Assembly (NCBI GenBank): GCA_951406725.2
Contig: OX597818.1
Location: 49,352,001 to 49,416,000 of the forward strand
DNA length: 64,000 nt
Origin: Octopus vulgaris
Lineage: Eukaryota
Direction of reading: 5' to 3'
The position numbers and the translations under genes were made by a program. Shown in pieces: positions 37,130-51,524 of the stretch. Position 1 is the stretch's first letter. Each line of letters opens with the position of its first letter. The notes under the pieces were generated by a model, which worked only from the letters and a program-made list of their open reading frames with translations, did no database searches and was not told where the DNA came from.

Positions 37130-40100
37130 TTAAACTAGTTTTAATTTCTTTTGAATAAACACTATAGTTTTTTTGTTTTTTTTTTAATTTCATTTTTAAA
37201 CAGAAATTTTCCGAGTTGAATGAACAACCTCTATATCAGTATTACTTATTTTTGGCAACTCTAAATGGATCAAAATTTTTCACTTGCAGTATTGGGAAAG
37301 CACCACAGTTCCGTACAATACAAGTGACTGCAAAGTTCCTTTATTTGTTGAATCATATTACTTTCCCATGTTAAAAACCTCTTTCTTACTTTGTTAACTT
37401 TAACATCATTGTGAAAGATATTAAGTGATAATACTGTATTGTTATTATAAATAATAGTTGTAACAAAGGTAACTGATAGAAATTACAACTTAAAAGTAGA
37501 CAGCTCTGTACTGGAATGTTCAGTTTAGTTTGTTTCTTTTCTTTATAAGAAACTATAAAAAAAAAAGTAACTACAAAACTACCTTTGTTCTATATTTGCT
37601 ATTATGTTAATATGACTGTCAAAACTTTGTCACTTCAACAATAACTATCTAATGTTAATGACACAGTAGTTGTGCTTATATACATGATGTCAATGTCAAA
37701 ACACTCACTATAATTGTAAAAGCTTAGTATTAAAATTCCACCCACAGCCAATGTTAGTATATACCTTCTCTTTTTGTAATCATTTAGACAATGAAAACAT
37801 TTATTTTTTTTTGCATATAAAAATTATTTTTTAAATGTATTTTCTTTTAATTTGATTTTAAAAGCAATAGCTAATTGTTTCATCAGGTCTTCTTTTGAAG
37901 CCCCTCCTCCACCGTTTTCTTTCTTCGTTATCTTTCTAAGAAACATTTTCAACAATGAATGTTGCACTATTGACAGTCTGCTTTAGAGATATTTCCTGAA
38001 GTGTTCATTAGGACAAGTTGAGCTTGTTTGTGAAGATATGAGCTTGGAAATTTGAAAAATTGCATATGTTTGGAGAGAAATTATGGATGTACCTCATTAA
38101 AGGCCTTATGAACTTGTGTTGATATGACCTGGAAATTTAAGGCAGCAAGTTGGCAGAATTGTTAGCATGCTAGGTAAAATGCTTAATGGCATTTCATCTG
38201 TTGTTCTGTTCTGAGTTCAAATCCAGCTGAGGTTAACTTTACCTTTCATCCCTCTTGGGGTTGATAAAATAAATACTAGGTTAACACTAGGGTTGATGTA
38301 ATCAACTTATCCATCCCTAAAATTGCTGGCCTTGTGCCAAAATTTACCATCAATATGACTTGGAAATTTGCATATGATAGGGTCAAGAGTGAAATATAGC
38401 TGATATTTGTGATTATAAATATCTAAATAGTTATTGTAATAAACTGAACAAGGAGTGAGGACAACACTTGTCAATCACACATTCCAACAACCTTGTCAAA
38501 CATCATTTTCTTTTATTTTTTCATTTCAGTGAAAAATCTCTCTTGCTCTAATTTGTGTGTGAATTCACAGGAGTAGGCTGACTTTGTTAGGTTTAGTAGC
38601 TTTTATGGCTCAACCTTAGACTTCCATTATTTGAGGCTACAAAATCAAAGGCAACTAAAAGTTATCTAGTTTGATAATAGTATTTTTCAAGCTGTTTTAG
38701 AAGGCTGTGGCAAGATATGTCCTCCAAAGTAGAAACTTTTTTTCCCCTCTTAGAAGAGAATAGGCAGTGCCTACGATCATCCCAGCAATAACCTATCCCA
38801 GCAATAACCAAAGGCAAAGAATGAGCCCTTGAGTGCTATAGTTCTAGACATGAATGACTGAGCAGTGTTTGGAGGAAAGTGTGACAAAGTGGATGCAGAT
38901 GTGGTTGTGTAAAGAAGTTTGCTTCACAATCATGTGGTTCTGGGTTCTATCCCACTGTACACTGCCAAGGACAGATTATTTCTACTATAGCCTTAGGTTG
39001 ACCCAAGCTTGATAATTGAAACTGCGATGACAGAAAAGCGTGCAGAAAGTTTGTTATATGTATTTTACTTGTGTTAACCTGTTACCCAGTTTAACACAAC
39101 CATCTGGTGCTTTAATACCTTAAGTAGAGTCTTAAGCATTTAGACCAAGTTCCTATTGTGGGAATAATGCAGTGTCTTGATATGATGTTTCCTACTGCTG
39201 CAGTGCTTGAGTCATAGTTTCTCCTCCCTTCCTTCCTTCTACCAATTTTGAAGGCCCTGAAAAGTGTCATGGGCACTGCACTTGCTCCTCTAGGTTGACA
39301 TGGACAGATATTGGAGAGATCTAACTGAATGTGATATACCACTTGTTGCCTGAGTATTACAATGACAAAGAAGAAACAGCTTAACTTTAAGCTAATGATT
39401 ACAGCAATTAGTGTCTGCACCACTCAGCTGGATGGCCTTTACATTTTTTTTTTTAAAACACAAACTAGGATAGACATGGCTGTGTGGTTGAAGTTTGCTC
39501 CTTAACCACTTGATTTTGGGTTCAATCCCACTACTTGGTAGCTTTGGCGAGTATCTTCAGCTGAGCAAAACCTTATAAGTAGATCTGATTGGCAGAAACT
39601 GGAAGAAACTCCGTTCTATATATGTGTGTGTGTATAGTGTTTGTGTCTCCTTGTGTTATACTTGTAAACAAGCATCACTGTCATACAAGTGGTGTCTCTC
39701 ATTTTCAGTCTTCCATGGAAGCATGTCTAGCCATGAGAATATATTACATTGCTTGGAAACACATGAGGGTTAGTTAGTAACAAGAAGGGCATCTTGACAC
39801 AGAAAACCTACTTCAGTGGATTCTATCTGATCCATGCAAGCTTTTAGAAAAGTGGAAATTAAAACAATGTTATCATAGCATTCTGAACTATTGTATATAA
39901 GTATCTAGGTTTTTTGGAAGGGATTTTTCTTGGTATCAGAACAGTGTGTGTTGAAGCTTGCTAACAAACTGTGCCCCTTGCTTATACAAACATGCTTTCA
40001 TTTTTTTTTCTTTCATTGTGTTGGAATTGCACTCCACTCCTATACATGAACAGCTTGCAACTATAACTTTCGAGGTCACACTACCTGCTAAGCCTCACCA

Positions 40101-40335
40101 TTATTCATCATCCTCAAAATATAAAAAAAATAGAAACGGTTTATGATGTACGATCTACGATGATATGTATTCACTTTTTGTGAACACTGGTTTTTTTTTT
40201 TTACTTTTCATCAAATGTGGACCCTATGATGAAATTGTTGTTTTTTAATGCCTTCTATTTATTTTGAATGTTGTGGAAGTGTTGTATATACAAGAAGTCA
40301 AAAATTATCTGCACTTTTGCCATAACATATCATTG

Positions 40336-40747
40336 GGATCTTTTCAGTTTGAACGGCAGTTTTTTGTAGCGGTGTCATATGAAATTGTCACCCATAATTA
40401 TGACCCTAGTATCGATCTATTACATTTCAATCTGTTTTAGGGTTAGGGGTGGAGAGAAGGATATCTTTTTTTTCTTCAGAAATGTAAATAAACCCAATCT
40501 GTTTCTTAAACGAGGGACATATTCATACGACACAGAATGTTTTCACCTCAATAGATGTCATTGATTGGTTGAAATTGCAGAAATTGAAGAAAAAAACCAA
40601 CAAATATCTTACAAACCATAGAATTTTCTCAATAAAGCCAAGAGAAAAAGATGTTTTATAAACACATTCTACCAGTATACAAAGTTTAAAAGTGTTTAAT
40701 TACGTGGAAATTATTTAAAAAAACTGCTGTTCAAACCGAAAAGATCC
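40336..40747 (+). mobile_element. Merlin-like MITE copy 2
   Basis: Same TIRs; 8-bp TSD tatcattg. Confidence 0.9.
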
Positions 40748-41879
40748 TATCATTGCTCTTTGTTCTTCTTTGGTGCACATTGCTAGTGGAGCAGACATGC
40801 TTACACTGTAAAGTAAGAGAAGAAAAATGGTGCGATCAGGCTCAAACATTGATCACTTGACCACAATAGTACCAACTATAAGCACACATGTGCAGAAGTC
40901 AGTGTGACAATAATAAAGATATGTTATAGTGAAAGTATGGATAATTTTTCACTTCCCCACCACCCTTGTAGTTGCTAGTATTATTGTTTCCTCTGTGTTT
41001 ATGTTGTTGAGTCTAATGGTTGATTGTATTTGACGATGTTGCTGGTAAGAAGGGAGAAAGTGTATTTGGTATCTGTTACCATTATGTCTGTTATTTTGAA
41101 ACAAGATTTGTTGCCGATTTATGTTAGGTTAGAGTATTTATATAGGAAGTGTCTGAATGAGTGTGATATCACCTGCATTTGAAAATGTACATGTTTTGAG
41201 GAGATAATGGGAAGATTGTGTAAGTCTAGATTGAAAAATGTGGGTGAGAGGACAGATGCCTGGAATATTACATTCTGGAAATGTCTAGATTGGAAAATGT
41301 GGGTAAGATGCTCTTTATCTTATGAATAAGGAGCTAGCAAGGAATAAGCCGAAAGCATTAGTTATGTCAATGGTAGTTAGAATGGTATGAGTGGGAAGTT
41401 TTTTTTGTTGTTGAAGCCATCATGTACCCTTTGCGTTAGATTCATTAGTTAGGTGGCTTTTGTGTATTTTAGTTTAGATGAGGGTTGGGTATGAAAGGGG
41501 TTAAAGATGTTATTTATGTATTAGTTTTTCTAGAATTTTTGAGGGTGCGCACAAGAGGTGGGGGTCCATGTTACATCTTTTGTTTTTGTAGCTTTAGAAT
41601 TGTTGTTTTTGTACAGCTTCCAAATTTGGAGAATTTGACTGTTGATTCTCCTAGATAAATTATTCTAGCATTTAAACTGGCTATCTCTGGCCAAAATTTT
41701 CTACTTGTTTTATGTTTGAACTGGCCAGATCCAGACTCTTACTCTAAATTATCCTAAAAATATACAATCATATCAAAATCTCAAAGCTACAAGATGATAA
41801 CCTGATTAATTCAAAGTAATGTGAATAAATAAGCATTACATTTGACAGAGTAATCTGAATGCTAAATGGTTAATGTAGA

Positions 41880-42830
41880 TCACACTTGTACTTTTTAGTG
41901 AGATGAAGGCTGAAGAAGCTGTTACAATACAGTTTTCCAATGTTTTTTATTTGACATAAAGAAATCAGATTGATGAGTTTGTAACAGCTTGAAGATCTTT
42001 AACTGTTTTCATGAGCAAGGAAATTTGTGTTCTAAGATTGTTTCCTTAATACAGTCTTGTAGTGCTTGTATTTTAATGTTGTTGAAGGAGGTTGTGTTGT
42101 CATCCCCCCCACTGGAAGTTGTTTCTGATCAAAAGGATATAGGATACAGCCATGTTTCACTCCTGTCACCAGATCAGGAAGAAATGTTTTCATTAGCTTC
42201 AAATGCTTCCAGCAAATCAGAACAGATTTCTGCCTTTCTCTCTTTCAAATCCCTGATGCCCCAAGTTTTCCACCATCTTCTGTAAAAGTAGGGTGACCAC
42301 TGTCCAGCTGTGCAGCAAGTTGCCAAATAGGGATTTAATCTGCTTCTGGCAATACAATTCATTCATTTGCTGGTGATTCATGCCAGTAGTTACACTGAGT
42401 GGATTATCTTCAATGTTGGTTTACTCTTTAAACTTCATCCATAATGTGATCTTTGTAAGCAAATTATAGCCTTCTTTCAATGTCAGGCAGCTTGTACCCC
42501 TCCTTTGTCAAGAACTCAATAATGGCAGCTTGTAGCAGTAGAAACTCTGCCAGATCAAGATTGGAGCCTGGTGCAGCCGTCTGGTTCGCCAGCCCTCAGT
42601 CAAAATTGTCCAACCCATGCTAGCATGGAAAGTGGACATTAAACAATGATGATGATGTACCCCTCCTTAGTCAAGAACTCAATAATGGCACATTGCTTCT
42701 ACTTGGAACCCATTATTTGCCTGCAATAAAAATGAACAGAAAGAATAGTTGCTTTACCAACATGTGCAAATCGAATGAGTTATGTCAGTTAATAAAAAAC
42801 TTATGCTCACTTTTGCATTACTTTCAGATC
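41880..42830 (-). mobile_element. Decayed mariner transposase 5' half with an inserted RTE tail (42535-42656)
   Basis: KERKAEICSDLLE...GDRSETWLY resembles mariner R..C..LL...IVTGDETW. The insertion is flanked by a ~35-bp duplication tgtacccctcctt.gtcaagaactcaataatggca. Confidence 0.6.
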
Positions 42831-43059
42831 AACCCTTGTATTTTATGGGAATTTATTTTTCTTTTTAATGGGTGCATTTTTTCCATGGATATTGTACCCT
42901 CTTAACAGTTGAGCAGTTTTTTGCTTTTAGTTTTTACAACATTCTTGCTGCTATTCTACTTTTGCTAATAGGAGCAACAATCTTGGAAACTTTCCTGGGT
43001 AGAAGAATGAAACACAAAAACATAATCTCCTTCATTATTATGAAAATGCAATCAGTACA

Positions 43060-43295
43060 CATCATCATCATCATCATCGTTTAACGTCTACTTTCCATGC
43101 TAGCATGGGTTGGACGATTTTGACTGAGGGCTGGTGAACCAGATGGCTGCACCAGGCTCCAATCTTGATCTGGTAGAGTTTCTACAGCTAGATGCCCTTC
43201 TTAATGCCAACCACTCCGAGAGTGTAGTGGGTGCTTTTTATGTGCCACCGGCACGGGGGCCAGTCAGGCGATACTGGCAACGACCTCGCTTGAAT
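43060..43295 (-). mobile_element. RTE LINE 3' UTR fragment
   Basis: (CAT)n tail plus conserved UTR; further copies at 43915-44170 (+), 47810-48087 (-), 56835-57242 (+) and 58768-59065 (+). Confidence 0.8.
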
Positions 43296-45034
43296 CATTT
43301 TACACACTCGAATCATGTCAAAGAAATAGCAATGCACTACACTTTTCCTTCTCGTGAACGAAACTATGGCTAAACCCATTAAAGTCACTGCAAATGCTAT
43401 GTTTCACAACCTAACTTCTGATCTTTATGGCAACCTTTCGTATGTAGCCTTGCAAAAACAGCATCGGATTAAGTTTCTTCTTATATTGACACCTTACAAG
43501 TTCTGAGTGGAACTCACAAAGTAGTATTCATGAATCTACAACTGCTGTTGTTACACACATTCTCACAGGCATAAGACAACATCCTGTAAAAAGTTTCATC
43601 CAATTGGTGATTAGTTAAGACCTGTAACCACTAGCCTACTGTTTCCTGGGTGAGCCAAACTAAAGAATCTCTATGTAATCGCTTGATCTGCTTGTTATTC
43701 TCAACAAAATCTTCTTCAAATCACACTCCACCTTGACATGTGAGGGATACATGAGAAAATGATGTCCTAGATATACAAAAACGTGAGATCATTGTGGTTA
43801 AACTGCCTTCGATCTTAAGTCTGATCTGAAGTTACATAACTACTACGGCACTAGTTTCTGCTTGTCTGAACTTGCAGGCTGCTCCAGAACTGTAATCAAT
43901 TAAAACTCACTCTCATGCTTGAGATGACCCATCAAGCCAAGTGAAATCATAGTCGTGGCAGATGCTGGTGTCATGCAACTGGCACCTGTGCTGGTAGCAC
44001 ATAAAGGTAACCATTACACCCTTGGAATGGTTGGCATTAGGAAGGGCATCTAGCCATGGAAACCATGCCAAATCAGACTGGAGTCTGGTGCAACCCCTCA
44101 GCTTACCAGCCCTGATCAAACCATCCAACCCATGCCAGCATGGACAACGGACGTTAAATGATGATGATGAGTAATCTTGGAAGCTGAAGCTGAGCATTAA
44201 CCTATTACTTTAAGGGGGACAGTGAAAGTCGTGACCCCTACTCATTTTTCTCTGATTAATTAATTCCAATTTTAACACAAGGCCAGCAATTCTGAGAGGT
44301 GGGAGCAAGTCAATTATATCATCCTCTAGTGCTTGACTGGTACACATTTTTATCAACCCCTGAGAAGATGAAAGGCAAAGTTGACCTTGGCAGAATTTGA
44401 ACTCAAAACATAAGGAACCGGAAGAAATGCTGCTAAGCATTCTATCCAAAGTACTAATGTTTCTGCTGGCTTACCTTTGATTGAATAATAACACTTCTTG
44501 ATACCAACTCGCTCACAGTGATGCTCCAGCCCTTGCTAAACACAAGTGTGTTGTCTCTTCTCTCTGCCTTTCCTAGGACTACTATAATGGTCCCTATTCC
44601 TTGGAATTGACTGGTCTTGTACTTCCTCCTTTCATGCACTTTTGGCCCACATATTTTTCCCTTCCCCTCATCACTCTTGTGTTCAATTTCACAGGCACTG
44701 CACTAACTACTCTGCTCAATCCTTTTTCCCTCCAGAACGTTGGTTCCCCTTGAAATCCCTTCCCTGCTCATGTCTTTCCTGCAGTTGTTGGCTTGCAATA
44801 GTTTAAACAGCATCTGTCTTACTGGTGGTCTTGAGTCTACAAAGGCCATGGCCATTGCTCCAACCGCTAGACCCAGCATGTTAAATAATAATAAATAAAA
44901 AAAGCTTTTAGTTTTATGAGACAAAGCATTTTTAAAGCATCCATATTCAAATTAAAACCTTCCATCATAATGATATAATGCAAACACCAGCTTAACTATG
45001 AAAAAAATTATTTTGATTGCTCAATTCTTAATTA

Positions 45035-45530
45035 CCATAAATCCTCGAGTATAATACGCAGGGGATTTTTAGGGGGCTGTACCTCTGAAAAACCTAAACC
45101 TTGTGTATAATACGCACCCCTTCTCTAACTTGAGTCAAGGAGGTCTATATAACGTCTTTGGTTTGTAAAATTGTATACGATAACGTCCATTATTATCATT
45201 GTATATGTAACATAATGCAAACGTGTAGCATTTTTGTGCATTTTGTTTGCAGAAAATAAAGAAATAACAGTAATAACGTTTAACAAATGTTGCTTACTGC
45301 AAGTTATGGATGATTCTTTTATGACTTCATTGCTTTCAGGCTTAGCTTAAGGTATTTTCGCGCCCGACATCACAAAATGCGTCTGAATAAACATTGCCGG
45401 ACAGCAAATAGAGACTCGGACATCACTTAGAAAATATTTTTCATTTTTAACCTCGTGTATAATACGCACTAGGGATTTTGACCTTTAAATTTAGGGGGAG
45501 GAAATGCGGATTATACTCCAGGATTTACGG
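45035..45530. mobile_element. Tc1/mariner-superfamily (pogo/Tc2-like) MITE
   Basis: ta|ccataaatcctcgagtataat ... attatactccaggatttacgg|ta TIRs with TA TSD; internal repeats of gtataatacgca. Confidence 0.8.
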
Positions 45531-45923
45531 TATTTTCATAAGTAACTGAAACTCAGACAGTACATTTCAGTGGGAATATAATCATAAATGGTTAAACAAA
45601 TTCTCCATTATTTAAATAATTTAATGAACATGCTGACCAGCAAGAATTCAAATAATAAGGTATCCATTCAAGATAAATTGCATGTGTTATGGCCACACAT
45701 CATCTTAAGGGAAATGTTCTCCAATGGCAAACAACAACAGCAATCAGATATTCACAACTGAATCTACCAGGAAGTATTGAGAATGAATTTTATTATTAAT
45801 GAAATGTCGTTATTATATATTCAATAATTCAATGAAACTGTTGTACTAAATAGAGAAGTTACACTTTTTGAGTGTCATGGATTGACAAGATCATTATAGC
45901 ATTGGGAAATTGATGATAATATA

Positions 45924-46300
45924 GGCGTAGGAGTGGCTGTGTGGTAAGTAGCTTGCTTACGGACCACATGGTTTTCGGTTCAGTCCCACTGCGTAGCACC
46001 TTGGGCAAGTGTCTTCTACTATAGCCTCGGGCTGACCAAAGCCTTGTGAGTGGATTTGGTAAGCGGAAACTGAAAGAAGCCCGTCGTATATATGTATGTG
46101 TGTGTCTGTATTTGTCCCCCCAACATCGCTTGACAACCAATGCTGGTGTGTTTACGTCCCCGTAACTTAGCGGTTCGGCTAAAGAGACCAATAGAATAAG
46201 TACTAGGCTTAGAAAGAATAAGTCCTGGGGTCGATTTACTCGACTAAAGGCAGTGTTCCAGCATGGCCACAGTCAAATGACTGAAACAAGTAAAAGAGAG
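45924..46300 (+). mobile_element. SINE family B
   Basis: Full-length match; other copies at 49288-49640 (+), 50822-51232 (-) and 54972-55368 (-). Confidence 0.9.
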
Positions 46301-46780
46301 TATAATACTTTTTCTGGCTCTGTACATTCTGAGTTCAATTCCACCAAGGTCAGCTTTGCTTTTCATCCTTCTAGGGTTGATAATATAATGTACCCATTAA
46401 GTACCAGGGTTGATGTTGTCAGCTATATTCCTTCTCCTGGGCTTGTCCCTAAATTAGAAATAATTACAATTTTTCTGTAAATTTTGTTTTGGTGGTATTA
46501 TTGTTTACATATCTGATGTGTATTTTCTCCTCCCCATCTCCCCCTCCCCTGAAGGGTCAGAAGTAATGTTGACCTTAGTGGGATTTGAAATCAAAATACA
46601 ACTAAATACTACTATGTATAACAGTAACAGTTTCTGTTTTCATTTAAATTTTAGTTTGTGTCTAATTGTTTTTATAACTCCTAATAGTTATTAAAATATT
46701 TTTTAGCCCCTTTAATTAAAGGAAATAAACGAAACCTATTACATACACAAAAGTAATTATTGTAATTAAGGTGTTTTTTT

Positions 46781-47224
46781 AATAATTATGAAATTATTGT
46801 ATATGGTGCTCAGGTGCACCACAACTTGTCAAAAGTGCGTATGAAGCATATGCAGTAATGTACAAATGTCTGGGAAGTGAACAGTGTATGAGTCAGATAC
46901 ATGCTTGTGTGTGTATGGAGGGGAGAAAATCAGGTGTAGTGTTGGCGAATCTCAGGAAAAATGGAAGTTGAAGGATGCAGTGCTCCGACAACAAACAACT
47001 GATGCCGGCAGTTTGTTCCATGCTTCAGCAACTCTTAGCGTGGAAAAACGTTTCCGAAAGTCATGGGAGCTGTGCTGTTTTCTGACTTTGTAAACATGTC
47101 CACGGGTGTTAGACAGATGGGGTTTGAAAAGGTGCTCAGAGTTATTGTTAGTAAGATGGTTAATAATTTTATGGGTGTCTGCCAAGTCAGCTGTCAGACG
47201 TCGGAGTTTCAATGTGTCCAGGCC
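46781..47224 (-). mobile_element. CR1 LINE 3' fragment
   Basis: LGLDTLKLRR-like start, TRGHVYKVRK...RVAEAWNKLPASVV. Confidence 0.85.
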
Positions 47225-49818
47225 CATGAAGTAAGGCGTTCAGAATATGACTTTGACTCTAGTATCAGTCTAGAGTTTTGGATAAGGAAATATTCTTAGT
47301 TAATTCTCCTCTATTTACCAACAAAGGTTTCTCTTAAAACTGATCCAGTATTAAATACTGATGCCTATTGATTATATAATCATTTAGAAGTTGAGAATAG
47401 CTATCTCCCAATTCATATTCAAACACACTATTAACAGCTGTTTGGTGGTTACTAATTTTAACCTTATCTTATTCTAGTTTCAGCCATTGGACTTCAGTCT
47501 TGATAGGGCTTCATTATCATTGGTTTTACCTGATCATATTGGAAATCATAATACTTATTTCAGTCTAGTACTTATTTTATAGTGTGTCTGTGTGTGGATA
47601 TATATATGTATACACACACATGCCTATAAATTATGCTTACAATATTAGAATTTAGAAACTTTGAGAGAGATGAAATAAAACATTTTTAATGGTGGAACTT
47701 CTCCAGCCATTGACATTTTCTATCCAAGGATTTTCTCACCCAATATTCTACATGCTATTAAATATAGCTTTATATTCAAGTCCTATTGAAAATGATTTAG
47801 TTTATATGTCATCATCATCATTGTTTAACATCCGCTTTCCATGCTAGCATGGGTTGGACGGTTCGACTGGGCTCTGGGAAGCAAGGAGGCTGCACCAGGC
47901 CCAGTCTGAACTGGCAGTGTTTCTACAGCTGGATACCCTTCCTAACGCCAACCACTCCATGAGTGTAGTAGGTGCTTTTTACGTGCCACCGGCACAGAGG
48001 TCACTCGAGGCGACGCTGGCAACGGACACGTTCGGATGATTCTTTTACATGCCACTGGCATTGGTATCACAACTACAATTTCCATTGAAAGATACAAATG
48101 AAACTTCCACAGTTTGTGTGCCAAATTTCCTTTTCAATTTATTGATCAACCTGAAACCCCACTAGAAGACATTGCCCAAGGTTTCATGCAATAATGTTGG
48201 TCCCTGAACCTTGTAAAGCAAATTTCTTGAGCACATGTGCCTATTATATAAATTACATATCATTTTCATAAAGTAAATTCTTTTCACTCAAATCTAACAT
48301 AGACTTTACATGCATTTAACTAAATTAGATTTTAATGGTCATTAATTCCTCTTACCAGTTATTCTTTATGTTAATCGTTAGTGAACTTTAGGAATTCATT
48401 GGATTAGTTCTTAATTAAGGTTTGTATTAAGCTAAGTAGGATACAAGATTATTTAACTTTGGGCCACAGACAAATGAAACACTGATCAGATTTGCACTGT
48501 TCGTTAGTTTCACTAGTATGCCATCTTATATACACTTTAGTAATTTAGTAATTAATTACAAGCTTGATAAACTGAATCATTAAGATTGAAATATATGAGC
48601 TCTGGATGAAGTACAAGGCCAGTGATGGATGCCAACATTTCTATTAAATTATCAGGTGTTCGTTTGGCATGATATATGAAATAATCAAACCTTCTTAGAA
48701 ATAGTGTAATAGGTGTGGGCATGGCTGTGTGGTTAAGATGTTTGCTTCTCGTTCACATGGTTTCAGGTTCAATCCCAAGGTTTTAGTAGACAAAGTGAAA
48801 TGTATGTGTGTGTTTCTTTGTCTTTACATTATATGTGACGGTTGAAAATGAGAGTTACTGCCATACAAATTGAAGCATCTGCTTTGAATTTTCTGTAAAA
48901 ACCTGTCTGGTCATGGGGAACTGTTGGAAACAGGTGAGGATTGGTGGCAGGAAGGGAATTTAGCTGTAAAAAAATCTTCAACAAATTCTGTCCAACTCAT
49001 GCAAGCATGGAAAAGTGGATGTTAAAATGATGACGATAATGATTAAAAAGGAGGTGGGCAGTGTCCATGGCTTTTGTAAACCTCCCAAACAGAAAAGACG
49101 AAGAGTGATGCAGTTGGTGATGAGCTTAAAAATAGACTGGAAAGAAAAATCCAAGGGGAGAAGGATTGGGAAAAAATGTTTAACATTGTAATGGTGTCTA
49201 GGAGGTGATACACTGTAACACAGATAGGAAGAGGAAAGTAAATGCCTCTGAGTGAGAAAGTTTGTTTAAATCTTAACCAATCAGATACAGGTGTGGTTGT
49301 GTGGTATGAAGCCTTTTAGTTCAGTCCTACTGCATGGCACCTTGGGCAGGTATCTTCTACTATAGCTTCAGGCTGACCAAAGTCTTGTGTAAATTTGGTA
49401 GACAGAAACTGAAAAAAAATCCTATCACATGTGTGTGTGTATTTGTCCTCCACCACTTGACAACCAGTGTTGGTGGGTTTACATCTCTATAACTTAGCAA
49501 TTTGACAAAAGAAACTGATAGAATATGTACCAGGCTTAAAAAAGAAAAAGTAGTACTGGGATTGATTTATTTGACTAAAAATTCTTCAAGGCAGTGCCCC
49601 AGCATAGCCGTAATCTAATGTCTGAAACAAATGAAAAAGAATCAGCACAATAGTTTTTATTGGGGGATTTGCTCTAGGATGTTAGTGTAACATAGAGATA
49701 TGAGCAGCACCTCCAATGTGGGTTTTGTATTTGCTTTGTGGCAGATTAATAATTAATCTGAGTTAAATTATTTGCTACCTCTTAGGAGCACTTTTCATCA
49801 ATGGCATGCACTATAGAC

Positions 49819-50020
49819 CAGTGGTTTTCAACCAGGGTTCCACCAGTACAGTCCAGGGGTTCCGCAAGAAGTTACAAAACTGCTAAAATCGGCAGTAATT
49901 TATAATTCTCCTGTGCAGATATGTGTGCATAAGACTATTAAATTATTGCACAGGGGTTCCTCAAGCCAGTGGAATGTTTCCTTGGGGTTCCGCTCCAGCA
50001 AAAAAGGTTGAAAAGCACTG
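49819..50020. mobile_element. hAT (Charlie-like) MITE
   Basis: TIR cagtggttttcaacc / ggttgaaaagcactg; 8-bp TSD ctatagac. Confidence 0.9.
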
Positions 50021-51524
50021 CTATAGACAATTGTATACATGTTTCAGTATGAGGTATCAAAGATTGTGAAATTTAGAGCATAGTGACTAAACCTTTGTGC
50101 TATTTAAAGGGTCAAGGCTGCTGAGTTGAATGAACTCTAGCTTTATCATTATTACTTATTTTTATCAACTCTAGAAAACTCAAGTTTCCACTTGTAATGT
50201 ATTGGAACACTATTGTACTGCACTGCATAAGTAATTGTAAAGTTCTCTACCTGGTATTTTCCTATTATAATAAGATATTTACATATGATCATGGATTTAA
50301 TAACTCCCACCCTCAGTGTATGTCAGACAGGTGGTGTTTAGTTTGTGTGGCTGGTGACTCTGCAATGATTTAATTGTTGTATACCTGCATAAGAATAGCA
50401 GAATTGATGTGGGGAAAGGAAGGTGCAAGAGACATTACTGATCCTCAGGTATATCAAAGGTAATAGAGTATCGTTTGGGGAGTGCTCCATCTGCACACAC
50501 TTGAGTGATCGGGCAGGAAGCTTCCAAATCCAAGAAATAAGAGATTGGTGTAGACTGCACTCAACATTACTTTTACTAAAATTTTCTGTGGTAAGAAACT
50601 ATTAGGGAATTTTACTGGAGAATAAGTCTCTAGTTGACCTACCTCTTCAGAAACCACACAGGTAATCACTAAAGAGAGAGAAAGAGAAAGTGTGTGTGTG
50701 TGTATTTGAAGGCGATGGTTGTTTACATGTTCGGTTTCTATTACCTTGGGCATGTTGAAAGTGAATAGTAGTTGACAAGGTCATAGAGTTTGACATTTTT
50801 TTGAGATGGGATGCAATGTGTCTTTTACTTGTTTCAGTCTTTAGATTGTGGCCATGCTGGGGCACCACCTTGAATTTTAGTCAAATGAACCAACCCCAGT
50901 ACTTTAAAAAAAAAGTTTTTTTTAAGCTTTGCACTTATTCTATCAGTCTTTTGCTGAACTGCTGCAAGGTTACAGAGATGTAGACACACCAACACAGATT
51001 GTCAAGCTGTGAGGGGTGGGCACGTGCATGCAGGCACTTCCCCCCCTCCACTGCTTGATACACACACACAGATGATGGGCTTCCTTCAGTTTCCATCTAC
51101 GAAATCCACTCACAAGGTTTTGGTTAGCCCAAGGCTGTAGCAGAAGACACTCGTTCAAGATGCTAAGTAGGACTGAACCTAGAACCATGTGGTTGGGAAG
51201 CAAGCTTCTTACCACACTGCTACTCCTGCACCTGTAGTGTATTTCCAAAGATTAAAATAGCCTTCTGTTGACCAAGAGAGATTGAAGAGTTTAGTGAGTA
51301 ATATCTGTGAATGTAATCTTTCGGTTTGATGGAAAGGATGCCATCCAAGCCAATCATCTGTGTTGGCATGGTCGGAATTTACCTTCAAGCTCCATTTTTC
51401 CCCTTTTTGCTTCATAAAATAGAAAAATGGATTTGATAATGAAAAATGTAACTCACTAATAAAAAACAGTCCTTTAATCATGTGTATAGTGAACGGTATA
51501 TTAATTACAACTTAAGTCAGACTA

